Source: Tubiluchus corallicola
Lineage: Eukaryota; Animalia; Priapulida
NCBI GenBank assembly: GCA_030141605.1
Contig: JAQGDQ010000123.1
Coordinates: 186,001-250,000, forward strand
Length of the DNA: 64,000 nucleotides
Reading direction: 5' to 3'
How positions within the stretch are numbered: position 1 is the first letter of the stretch; each line of letters starts with the position of its first letter. Shown in pieces: positions 37,601 to 51,092 of the stretch. The notes beneath the pieces were generated by a model that saw only the letters and a program-made list of their open reading frames with translations, was not told where the DNA came from and did not search any database. A program made the translations under genes and the position numbers.

Positions 37601-40600
37601 TTTTACTCTACGGTAAAAACACTAATAATCTGTTTAAAAATTGGACACAGGGGTTTACAATTCCCCACACAAAAAAAATTAGTTCATGAAGTGGATCAGG
37701 GTTAGAGCTAGGGTTAGGGTTAGGGTTGGCTTAGCATTAGGGACAGTGTTAGGGTATTTAAATTGTGTGGGGAATTTTAAACTCCTTCCATGCACAGAAA
37801 TCACAGCTAAATTATACTGAATGTGTGCTGTTTCAAATGTTTTAAATGTAAACAACATATGTAGTTGAAGTGCTATTCAAATCCATAATTTTAGGTTCAA
37901 ATTGAATTCGAACTAATTCAAATTCAATGCTCATCTCTACCATACGCAGCACATCTGGGTGGTATGTGGCAGTGTTAGGTTTACCTTAGCTGCATACCTC
38001 TTAGAAGGAGGTGTAGCTAAATCTCTTTATACTCTCTACTTTGGAACTGAAAAAATTGGCATTATAAGTTGTTTAGCATTATAACAAGGTGCATTAATAC
38101 CTACATGTCTATGCAAATGCAGATGTTTTGTTTTGCTAATAATTTGGACATTAAGCAAGGTTGGCATTATAAAGGGGGTGTTATAAGGAGGTTTTACTGT
38201 ATGTACAGTCTTAGAGTAGTTCGTCTTAGAGAGGATATGCTTGCAAGTGAACTCAGTGATAGTCATGCTATAAACATCTCGTTGAGTAAGCCATGCCTTT
38301 GAATGCCGAATCCCAACTTGCACTGTGCCGAAGTATTTAAACAAAGCATAACTGAGCGTCGTAAGCGATTCGTGACTAAACCTTTCTTATACATCATTTC
38401 AGGTGGATTCCTGACTGTGCAGAAATGTTTCGCAAACTTGCTGATCGGTGGAGTGATTTGATTCCGCGTCGCAGAGGTGGATGCAGAGAGCTAGTTGAGG
38501 AGTTCTTCAGATGTGCAGATTCTCTCATGTCAATCCAACTAAGGTTTCTTTTGAACTGGTCATTGGAGGAATTTGTCCAGTTTCTTGACATGTATCAAGT
38601 AATGTTTGTTTTAATTAGTTAGTCAGTTAATTGGTGCAGTATGCTTTTTTGCTTGTATTCTATGGCAGATTATTACATTTTGAGCACAATATGATCTTAT
38701 ATTGTTCCTTAAGTTGTAACTTTGAGGTACTGGAAACAGTCGTTTATAAAACAGAAACACTTAAATTATGTGATAACTGTCAACAACAAATATTTGCTTA
38801 AAAACACTTCAGTTTACAATTAACTTGCCTTCTTGCTTGTTTAATATTATGACAATTTACGAAAAGTGTCAAATAATGAGTCAAAATAATGCATTTTTTA
38901 AAGCATTTAATTTTCGGCGTTATAATATTGTGGATTAGTGAAAGTAAGCAAGTAGTGAAAAATGTGTCCAGTCAGTGTACATCTACTTTGTATGCATCTA
39001 CTTCACCTAATCTTAATTAGAGATCAGAAATTCAAGGCACACTTGCTATACATTTCCCATCAAACACAGAAATTCCATCAAACTCATTTAAATTTTTTTA
39101 TTATATTAACATTCTTTGAGTTCCTAATGCACAGTATGAGCATGCATAATGTTAATGTTGGTGAATATAGTTAGTTGTAAATACTGAACAATTTATGCTC
39201 ACTATATTTTGTTTCGTTTTTTCCCTATCATCTTTTACTTTTTTAATTGCATGCTGTATTTTCTTACGTGACATACTGAATAAGTTTGCCTGGGAAACTG
39301 TGATATTTACAAAGCCTACTAAAGTTACATATTTATATATATTTCTTATCCTGACATAATGTTCCACTCCATATTTCAATGCAGGGTGGGAATGATTTTG
39401 GGACAGAGTTTGATGAGTATGCATTCTTAGAGCGTTCACCACTAGAAGTAGATTTGGAGATCAAAGAGAGTGACATCTGCTTCATCCCTTCACTAGATGT
39501 TTGTCAAGAGTACATCAGAAGTTGCTTTCTGACTATTATAAAAAGCGGCGAACACCTGCCAAGAGTAAGAGTTAGACTGTTAATAGCAGTGAGATTCTTC
39601 TTTTACCATAAAGTATTCACCAAACTTTTATTTCTCCTTAAAAGTGTTATTTGCTTAAAAGTGTTTGTTGACAATCACATTTAATGTATATTTATAGTAA
39701 CTATTCCTCGGTTCTTATAGAAGGTACATGATATAATTACAACTTTAACTAAGTTCTGATGGTGCATTTGGATTTGGTCAATAATTAGAGGCATTTCTAG
39801 GTAGAGCGACAATTATTTCCCGAAGTGAAGGATGATGATACCTTGTGCTTAAAGCCAGTGACAATTAACGAGCTTGCTGTGCAAAATTTAATGGATCATG
39901 CACTGGAAGTTTTTGACAGAAATCGTCATGGACCAAAAAAGTATGTTCGTGGCTAGTAGGTTCGAGTTCAAATGTTCGAATCGAATTCCAACTTTCAAAT
40001 TCGATTCGAACGAGTTTTTTGTCCGTTTGAATTCATTTCGAACCTAAAATTGTAGATTCTAATAATTCAGTGCTTCAACCACATACGACATTTATCATTA
40101 AAAGGCTTGAAACATCATGTAATTAGTACAATTTAGCTGCAATTTCTGTGCATATTTTTTAAACAAATTGTTTGTGTTTTTACTGCAGATAAATCAAGCA
40201 ATACGCATGATCTTTGCAAGACCGCTTTTTACTTGTTGTTCGAAAACTTGATCGTAAATCTTTGAAACTCAATTCAAGTTCGATTCGAATTCGAATGTCA
40301 CAAGTTTGATTCGATTCACCTTCTGGTAGAGAATGCTCACCCTTTGTTACTAGCAGTTCAATAACTCACCTATTGTTACAGGTGTTAAGCGAACTCATGC
40401 TTTTATTTGGCAAGCTGTTTCTTGGTTTGTTTGATGCTTAAAGTAGCAGTTGTTCAGCTTTGTTTGTTACAAAGATGATTTTTAGCTGAAACAATGCAAA
40501 GAATTTCTTCATATGCTCTCTAAATACAGATGATCAGAATTGCTCGTGTAACTTAATATTTTTGTTTGGTTTTACATGTCATTTTTGGCAGTAGTCCTAG

Positions 40601-43600
40601 TTCACTGCAGAAATATGCTTCCCTTCTTGTAAAACTGAACTACTAACTTTCCTTTGATGTAAAAAGCAACTATTACATGCTGAAAAATCTACTTATTTTG
40701 TTCTGCTATAGAAGCTATGATTTTTTTCTTTAATCAAATTTTACTATTTACATTTACATTGCATAAACATAGTTAGTGAAAGTATGGAAGAGGAATGAAG
40801 ACTTACGGTGTAAATATAAAAATTAGCAAGCAAAAATTACGAAAATGATGAAGAAATGTTTTCAATCAAGGAAAGTAAAAAGAAGAAAAATGAAACTAGA
40901 GAAATTAATAAATTATTAAAAAGGAAAGGCGATGATAAGAAAAGAGAGGAAGGTAAGTGATCATTTAAGTAAAGTTCTGATAGTAAGAGAATAATTAATC
41001 GATGAAATAATATATAATAAAAAACAAGAAGAATACAGAATACATATTGAAGAAAATTTCCATAAAATAAGAAGTGGAATGGGCATTGGTGCAAATGCAT
41101 TCTGAGAATTTATAAAAAAGAGTGGATAAAAGTATAAAAGAGAATATAGTGACAATGAATAATGATCAAGGTGAAACAGTCCAATTACCAAAAGGTATAT
41201 TTACAAAGTATCATAAAGATGATTAGGTGCAGAATCTGAAATGGAGAAAGAAATTGAAGCAAGGGTTAATACAGTTATACGCCAATTACAAATAGTAGGT
41301 AAGGAACTTGAAACACAATTATTAAAAGAACAAGAAATTAAAAAGGAAATAAAAAATTAAAGAATGAAAAAACTGACAGATCAAGGAGGCTGGAAAAATA
41401 AAATGTTGATAATGACGGGTGAGGGACTAATTAGAAGCCTTACGTGCATGTTTAGAAGAATACAAGTGACTAAAGGAATACCAGAGGATTGGAAAAAATG
41501 AAAATAAAATCAATGTATAAAGCAGGAGGGTTAAAAAAAGATATGGAAAAGAGAAGAGGGATTTTTTACACGTGTGATTGCAAATTATAATAAATAGGAA
41601 TTTTGGAATTTTTCAAAATCAAGTGTGTATATTACAAAATGGAGGAAAAAACGTAAAAGCACATCAGAAAATTTGCTCACATTAAGGGCAATAATTGATT
41701 ATAATAGGATGCTGAATAATGATTTATTTTTATGCACTCATTATTGGCGAATGATATGATATGAGCAAATGTAATAACTGAAACCCCGATAGGAATAACA
41801 GAAGACGTCAAAATATTGGAATCAGTGAGGCAAGGCACTCCAGTTCAATCAAAATTGTGTTCGATTACACTTAATGATATAATAAATAATAAAAATTTCC
41901 TGCTAAGTACATGTATAAGCCCTAATTTGACTATTGGGGCCATGTTATTCATAGATGATGTGATAGCTGTAGGGTCTAAACAAACATTAAGGAAAGAAAT
42001 AGTAGATTCTGAAGTATTGAAAAACATCAAGAAGCTAACTTTCAGCTTGAAGAAAACTAAATTCACTAGGAAAAAATAATGAAGAAATAGGAGGTAAATT
42101 ATGGAATAATTCAGAGGACAGAGCAGTATAAAAAGTCAGGTGACTGGTTAAATGCAAAATGTAACTATGAATTATTACTCGAAAAAAGAATAGAAAAGGC
42201 AAAATATATGATGAGAAATACTGGAGAATTGGCAATGAGGTAATACAGCAATGGATATAAGATTACTTATCCCATCAGTGTTGAACAATTGTGAAACATG
42301 GACGAATATTAAAACGATGAATGGAAGAGTTTGGAAAAAATAGAAAAAGAGATGTTGAGAAGAACTGTGAATCAAAAAATTAGCACTCCGTAATGGGGCA
42401 TGTTAGCAGAAACAGGTTCATGTCCTATGCAAAAACGGATTGACCATAAAAAGGCCATATTTTATTATTCATTGATGAACTCAGATGTTCAGATGTAAAC
42501 AGATTAGCAAAACACGTAGTAAGTGAGCAAGAAAAAGAGTATATAAATATGTATTATTGGTATTCAGAAATAAGTGAGCTCACTATTAAATATGGAATGA
42601 AAGATAGTATCGAGCATATAAAAAATGGAGAAATTAAAAAAATCAACGTGGAAAAGAGAAATGAAAAAGCTATAAACCAAGAAATATTAAAAGAACACAA
42701 AGATAAAGTACAGACAAAATTAAGGTTTTTTGATGGTGAAATATATGAGAAATAACAATATATCAAAAAATGTGGTCTTGTAGATATTGTAAATATAATG
42801 GAAATTAAGTTAAATATGAAGGAATTGAAATTCAATTGCAAAAGAAATAAAATGAAAGATTTATTATGTCCTAAGTGCAAGATTCAGGCTGGTACAACAA
42901 AACATGAAGCAACAGAAGTTGTGAAAAATTGGAAAGAATAATAAATAAGTATAATGTAAGGATAGAGACTATTAAAACAACAGAAATAGAGAACCTTCAA
43001 CGATTAGTAAGAGCATTTAGAGAAATTATGGAATCAAGAGAAAGTATGTAGCTGCTACAAGGAAATGTAATAAATAGGAAGGGGGACACCTCTATGCAGA
43101 ACGAGGAATGACCACATAATGATGTCAGAAGAAAATGATCTGCTCTTGCACACTTAGGTTGTGCTCATCTTGCAAAAGGTGAAGAGGAGCCAGTGAACTG
43201 CTGAATATTGATATATGGTCCCTTTATATTGTACAGCAGTAGTATCTCATAATGGCAGGGCTACTTTCTCCATTTTCCTTGATGAGAAAATAAAAAACAG
43301 GATGTGTCATTTGTAGTATTAACACACGTGTCATTGCATCAGCTGTATGCTAATAAACATGTCACATGGCTTTTATTCAGACACAGTATCTGCAATGTTT
43401 CGACATAGTTAAGGTCATATTCATGCAACAATCCACCTAAATAAGAATACAGTATAAAATTACAAAAATCAATATTTTGACGAGCAAAAAACAAGACAAA
43501 TTCTATATTGCTTACTTGTATATCGTGTGATATAACACCACAATGCAGAAAAATATAAAGTTAGGTTACTCAAAGTAACCTGTAAATAATACTGTAAACA

Positions 43601-46600
43601 AACAGCTACTAGGACCAGTTTGCAATAATTTTAGTACATCGTTGCTGATGTTGTGTCTGAATAAAAGCCACGTCTTTGCTGAAGTGGGTACTGGCTGTCA
43701 TCTTTATGTTCTTAACCTTAATAACTCCATACAAATAACGAAAATCAGATCATTACGAATAAATGTGTTGAGTATCTTAATGTATTATTATTGTTATTAT
43801 TGTACATTAACACAACACAGACACATAGTACATTGGTAATATAAAAAGTTACATATTTTAATGATACTTACAATAATTGTATTGATGGTGAGAAATATGG
43901 TGAAACATATACATTACACACAGAATAATACAATGGAAATTTAAGAAACAAAGCAATGAAAAGACAGAAATGATTATCATTAACTTTAACAATTATAATT
44001 AAAAACACCATAAAATTATTTGTATGTAGTTAATCCTTCATGATAAATGTTAAGATTTTATTCAATTCAGTTGCAAAAAGAGAAGTCTCTTGCTTCTATA
44101 GTACTTAAAATATCTACAGGCAAGAGATAGTTTAGAAATTTGGTCCTCAGTAAGTATGCATTCCTTTTTAAATATGTGTAATTGTACAAGTTTTGGCTTA
44201 GATATATTCCGATGCAAAATCTGTATTGTATTGTTGGCATATGTATTTCACATTATTTCCCATACATGATAAAACTGAATAACAACTTTGTCGAACAAAA
44301 AAAGAAACCAGACTCTTATCGCTATGTTAACATGCATAAAAGAAGTTTACATATCTTGCAATTATTTGAATGCCAGGCTTTATCACATTGAAAATATAGA
44401 GCAGAGAATGCTTCAGTGGCTTTCTTGGAAGTTTTTATAGCTGTCTCACACCTATATTCCACATATATATCATATAGGTAATTCAATATAGCAATATTTT
44501 ATTATGTGTTCCCTTTATAGTTTATCACAAATGTATTACCTATACAAGGGACTGATAGCAACTTTTTCAAATTATTTTTCACCTAGTTAACATTTTTTAG
44601 TATGAAAGTTTTCTAAATTTCACATGTAAATGATATTTTAGATATATAAAGGAATATGAGAAATTCCAACACTTACTTACTGAGGAAGCAGAAGATGATG
44701 TAAACAACTTTCTTGATGCACGACATAATCTCAATGAATTTCGACAGGCGAGTATGAAGATTAGCTGTGATTTAACATTTTGTTCAAAAAGTACGAGATT
44801 TTGCATGAAATGTCCGTCTGCTTAAAGTTTACTCTTTTCTTTTGCTACAATATATCGTTATTACAGTACAGAGGCTTTTACATCTATAAATTGATGGAAA
44901 AGCATTAGTTGTCTGTTTTGAATTTCAGTGTGTCAAGAGGAGTTTACAATTGCCCACATAATTTAAATACCCTAACCCTAACACTAACCTTAATCCAATC
45001 CTATCCCTAACCCTAACCCAATCCTATCCCTACTCCTAACCCTGATCCTAATCCACTTCACAAACTAGTTTCTGATGTATGGAGACTTGTAAACTTTAGC
45101 CTTACAAATGTCTTGAATTTCAGTGTGTCAAGAGGAGTTTACAATTCCCCACATAATTTAAATACCCTAACCCTAACACTAACCTTAATCCAATCCTATC
45201 CCTAACCCTAACCCTAACCCAATCCTATCCCTACTCCTAACCCTGATCCTAATCCACTTCACAAACTAGTTTCTGATGTATGGAGACTTGTAAACTTTAG
45301 CCTTACAAATGCCTTACTTACTCTTTTTTGATTATAGAAAATTACTACATATGAAAACTTGAGATATCAGATCATAACTCTGCTAGTTGACGTTCCGCTC
45401 AGTCTCATTAGTATAAATGCACAAGCTGTAAACCACGAGCTTGCACACCGAGCACAGGAAATGAAAAAAGCACTTATTGCTTTTATAGTGGAGGAGACCC
45501 GAGCACTAAATCGCAAGTACGTTGTGCGTTTATGCATGAATAGACTGTAGGCTATTGAACTGTAGGTCATTTCTTCCAGATCTTTTGATATTAAGAGCAA
45601 AAACTTACGCCACTATTTCCTTTAGAATCCACTAGATTGATGTGTTGTAGGAAATGAGTGAAAGGAAACATGGCATCACAGTGAATTTTGACAGCATCGT
45701 GTATGAAATTAAAACTATAAGTAAATTAAAGTTCCACAAATGTGGAGCCAAACGCTATTACAAGAACAATAATATGATTATAGAATGTTGAATATATGAG
45801 TTACTGGAACATCTTTTTTCTGTAAAATGGTGTGATTTTGTTTAGAAATTGGATAACAGTAATTGTATATATACTTTTTAAAATAATTATAGAGTTCGCA
45901 AAGGTCTATACAGTGTTCGCTTCGTCATTATATTCATTTTGCTTCTTTGTAATTATACAGGAATGCAATTGAAACTTTCAAAATTTGCATAGTATTATTA
46001 CTCCTCAGAACAATCCCTCTGTACTACTAATGAGGTATGAGCGATTGTGTTGTAGTTCTGTTACTTTTGTTTATACTTTCCGATCATATTAAAAGAAGTG
46101 CCACTTATTACTTTTATTATTGTGGCATTAATTTAGGATCAGCTCAGAGTATGAAAGTATTTCTGAGCATTTAAATGACGTGCCTGATACAACAGAAGAA
46201 CTGGTGCAGCTAGAGGAATTCTTACGTGTGGTATGTAGGTCTTGGCATTTTCTTTGTTTTTTAAGAAAAAATAACTTTTTAAGTAAATATTAAGCTTCGT
46301 TTATTAAACTTTCCTTGAGGACGAAATAACTTTACAACTATTAAATTTTAAAAAGTTTTGGATTCGGTTGGACTTTGAACCATTAATCTTACATGTCTAG
46401 TGCTATTACTATTAAACCACACAGCCCCTTGTCTGTCAGTCAAATGTGAAATCAATCACAATAACTCACCAAAGCAATGCACCTTTTCTAAGTCTAAACT
46501 TATTGGAATACTTTTTAACTAGTTAGATAATTTTTTGTAAGTGTAAAAATGCCCATAGCTGCCCAATTGCATGAGGAACTAGTACAAAACTAATATATTT

Positions 46601-49600
46601 TCTGAAAGAGAATCTTTCTAGCACTGTAAATAAAATGCTTAGATTTTTTATTTGATTGAACAATTAACGGGATGATATGAAAAGTCTGTAAAAAATTTGC
46701 AGAATTTTCGTTCCAAAGGCTTCTAGTTTCCAAGTGATGCCGTGTACAGTATCCGTCGTTTACCAGACTCATGGCTAATAGACTCGGTTGCCCAACTGAC
46801 TCAAAAACATCTCTTTTCTATTCAAACGTTTATATAAACTGTCGGTAACTGACTCAAACGACTGCGTAATTGACTCAATATTTTCCATTTCGCGTACTTG
46901 AAATAAGTCACGTTTTTTATCATTATGAGAGTTTCATAAACCAATTGCTTCGTGAAGAAATCAAGCAACCGACTTGATGCATGAATATGAATTTTTATCT
47001 TTTTTAGCAATAATAATCTGATTTGTGTGATTTTTTTTATTTTCTTTTTTTATTAATTCACTTATAGGAATTAGCATTTGTAAATAATAATTGCACATAG
47101 GTTTTTTGGCATTAATTCGTTTCTAAAATTCATTTAAAGCCTGCGCAATGCATACTAAGGTGACGAGTCGTGACTCATACTTCTATTGTAGTATTAGGCT
47201 ATACATGTCGGCTAATTGAATCCGTCAGTTAATTGGGCCAAAACGCTGCTATTCCAAAGTGAATCTTTTAAGCGGCACCTACTATATCTCAAAGTATTCA
47301 ACATAAAAACTGTAGAGCATTCTTTTTCTGAACAAGATTTTGCAAAAGTGTTGAAATCACTTTAACTTTGTAAACTTGGCAGCTGTTTAGACGTGCAAAG
47401 ATATTACAAAATTTGTACAGGAATGTAACACCCAAACACTTTTTATTGGTTAGTCTTGCCTGTTCTGCTGCAGCTAATTATAACGACGGGCCTGTGTGCT
47501 GTTGAAGTGACAGCAAGCATTCCGCATAGTATAAGTAACTATGTATATATAGTGCACATTTATTTGCTTGCTGGTTTATTCAGGCACTGAATTTCTTTAG
47601 GTGCAATGAATGTTGCAGTGGTTGAAAACTAAAGTCTGACAGTGTACTTGTTGTTAGCAAGTAAAAGGTACAGAAATTATCACACTACATGCTTCTAACA
47701 GGTTGTTGTCTCAATATGCCCAGTGTAACTATAACTGCTAATCTGATCAAAAGTGTGAAATCATTCCAAATTTAAAAAAGGCACAGAATGCTAGAAATTT
47801 TTTCCACATAATAATATGACACAAATAAATGTCACCATACTAATTACAGTAGAATATACTTTGTTTCTCCAGCCACTGTCAACTGTCATCAGTGCCAAAT
47901 ACTGTAGGCGCCGCTTAATAGTCTCACTTTGGGACCGATGTGTTTCGACCCAGTTAGCCAACTGAACCCATTAACCGATGGGTGTAGTATTACAGGTATA
48001 GAAGTATGAGTCATCAGCTTACTATGCGCTGCAAAGGTCTTTAATGAATTTTAGAAACGAACTAATTCCTAAATTCCTTTGTGCAGTTAAAAAGTAGAAA
48101 AAACATTTCAAAATATTAATTTACATAAGTGAATTAGCAATAAATTAAAAAGTATACTTTTCTAAATCTGTTTATTTCCAAAAATTATAAAAATTCTTTC
48201 AAAGTCGGCTGCTTTATTTTCTCATGATGAAGTCGTCCACAAGGTTCTCATAATTTTAAGAACGTTGAAAATCTGTTTTTGTGTGTGACTAAAACAGTTC
48301 TGAGTCATCTGCTCACTAACATTGCTCTTATTTGCTGTACGATGTTTAGTCTTGTAAGTCACAAGAAATACCAGCTGATTGCTGTACCTGCATCTTTGAC
48401 TATTAACTCATTAAGCCTGAAAGCGTGATTTGCAACGAGAGCATCAAAAGCAGACCGTTTAGCAAGTGATTAAATGTTTAGCTTCCAGAACTTCTTTGGG
48501 TAACAGTGGGCGAGCCAGTAACAGATTCAAAGCAAAACCGCTACGCTAGCCTCTTAGCGCATGTTAAACATACCTGCTTACAAACAAAACGGTACTTAAC
48601 ATGATTGTTTCTGCATACGTAGTACACAAAAGGGAAGTAAAGATGACATACAAGTTCTTTTGAGCACATACAAATATCTTATTTTAAGTAGGTGAAGGAA
48701 AAATATTGAGTCAATTATGCGGAGTTATTTGACTCAATTACCGATAGTTTTTATATATATTTGAATAGAAGCGGCCCGTTCCAAGCGTTTTTGACTCAAT
48801 TAAGCGATTGAGTCTATTAACCGTCACTCTATTAAGTGGCATTATGTAAGAGTTTGCATTTCGCTGATAATGTCTTCTGAGTGTGCTTTAATCCCGCATT
48901 ACGCAAATGAAACACTAAATCTGCTTACAGTACTGCTTACCACTAGCTGCTGTTACATTCTGTGAATACATGCCCAGGTGCAACAAAAATCACGCCAAGG
49001 TACGTTACCTAATAACGGCCTGAGCTAGTGAGCGCAGCAGGGCAAATCAACGTTCACTGGTGAGTGACCAGTAGAAGTGTAAGGCAAAATTTTTCGTCAT
49101 CAGTTTCATAAAAACTTATTCATATGCTGAAAATGAAGAAATATTTGTTTTGTTCTTATATGATTTGCTTGTATGTTAGTCATTTTTTTCCAAAGTTTAT
49201 TAAATTTGGAGAGTGGATTGATTAATAAGCCTTTTCTTTGACCCGTCACAGATGACAGGTAAATATTTGTACGCATCGAAAGAGTTAGTGAGCAATTGAA
49301 CCCACAATTACATAACTCAGTTATGCTTACTTAGTAATATCTCTAGTGTGAATAAACTAACAATTAGAAATGCTGGATTGGGTTGATTAACTAGCTATTA
49401 AGATTGAATTAAAGCCTGATAATTTGACTGATAATTTGGAAAAAAGATCATAAATAATTAAATACTTATTTATGAATGTGTTGATATGTATTCTACACTG
49501 TGTTCTCATGTTTAATTTTTTTTCTGAATATGTGTAAAACAGGAAGGGGGATGTTTGTGAAATAATATTTTTTGGATGTAAAGTGATCAAATAATTTTTG

Positions 49601-51054
49601 ATCATTTGTTTTCTGCATGCTTCTTGATCTTGCAGTGCTAGTTATTTACAATAAACATTTTTTATTAATTAAGTAAAGCCGTTAAGTCTAAATCATATGC
49701 TTTATGTGTAAAATTTGTTTCTATAATTTAAGTTTGTGGCTTTTAACATAAAATAATTTAGCTGATTTGCTAATTTGGAGTGTGTCAGCTAAACCTATCT
49801 TCTATTTTTTGTGATTATAGACAAAAAGTGTGACAGTGTTTCAGATGAAGGATTCTGTTGAAAAAGCTGCAGAAAAGCTTATGTTTCTGATGGATTATGC
49901 GATACTATCTGGTAGGCTTGGTTCAATGCAGAACTTCTGAAATGAGAGTTGAAAATTTGTAAATCTTTTTGCAGTTTTTGAGACAATTCCAGATATTGCA
50001 GGAAGCATAATCAGTTGAAAACTTGTCCTCCCATCAACAATGGATCATCAGTTGTACTTGCTGTCTGGACATTTTTTAATTTGTTAACAGAGACTTGAAT
50101 ATTGGAATTTCTCATGATGAATTAACTTCCGAAAAGCCACTGCATTAAATGTGCTCGTACTGGTACAAATTCATACAAATTCAATATTCAGTGTTGTACT
50201 TTTTTATCCTTAGTCACAGTTTTTTACAATTATGCACTGTAATTTAGCTTTTAATTTATGTGTGTATATATTTAAGTGTGACTAAAGCCTGAGTGAAACA
50301 GATGATTAACAATAAACAAATTCATTCTAATTCTTTTTCATATGTATTACATGTTTAAAAGTGTATTCCGCTAATGTAAGTTTCGTTTAAACTTTTAGTG
50401 GAAGACATTAATTTGAATACTAACGTCATGCTATGGCCGGAACGTATAAAAGCTATATTTGACATCAGCAAAGGCCGGCTTGCACTCCGTCGTGATCAGG
50501 CTGAACAAAACCTTCGCAACAGAGTGGCTGCCTTCGAACAAAAGCTTAATGACCTGGATGCACAAATTGATACGTTCAGAAAAATTGAGGTTTGTTCAGA
50601 ATAACGGATGTACAATATGAATTAAGAAACAAGGTTTATCTATTACTTAATGAATAATGAAAACTTACAGAAGCCACAGAACTTAATGGGTGATTCAAAT
50701 TTTACGAAAGTTACTAAAGACCTTGTATGATTAAGGGCAGGTTTCCACAATTTGAGGGTTGAATTAAGAAGGAAGAGAGGCATCCCTAGGGTTCATGCAA
50801 TCTTTGTCATGTTTTGATAGATGAAAAACATTTTATTTTTGATTGCACTAAAACTAACTGGATTCGTAATGAATGTAATTTTGATTTTAGTGTGAACGTG
50901 TGCACACTTCTAAGTGATGCTGATAAAGTTTCTGAATTTCTAACAATTGTAAATGAGCACAATGCATTTCTTTGTTGTTCGCGTAAGTGGATATGTTTAC
51001 CGCTCATATTGTTGTACTGTTCATTTGCTTTGTGATCCAGTTAAGTTGTGATAC

Positions 51055-51092
<38 letters not shown>

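Noticed and set aside
44960-45260. CCCTAA runs as a telomere or chromosome fusion site
   Set aside because: Short, degenerate, bounded by the inverted ends of a dispersed element inside an intact gene.
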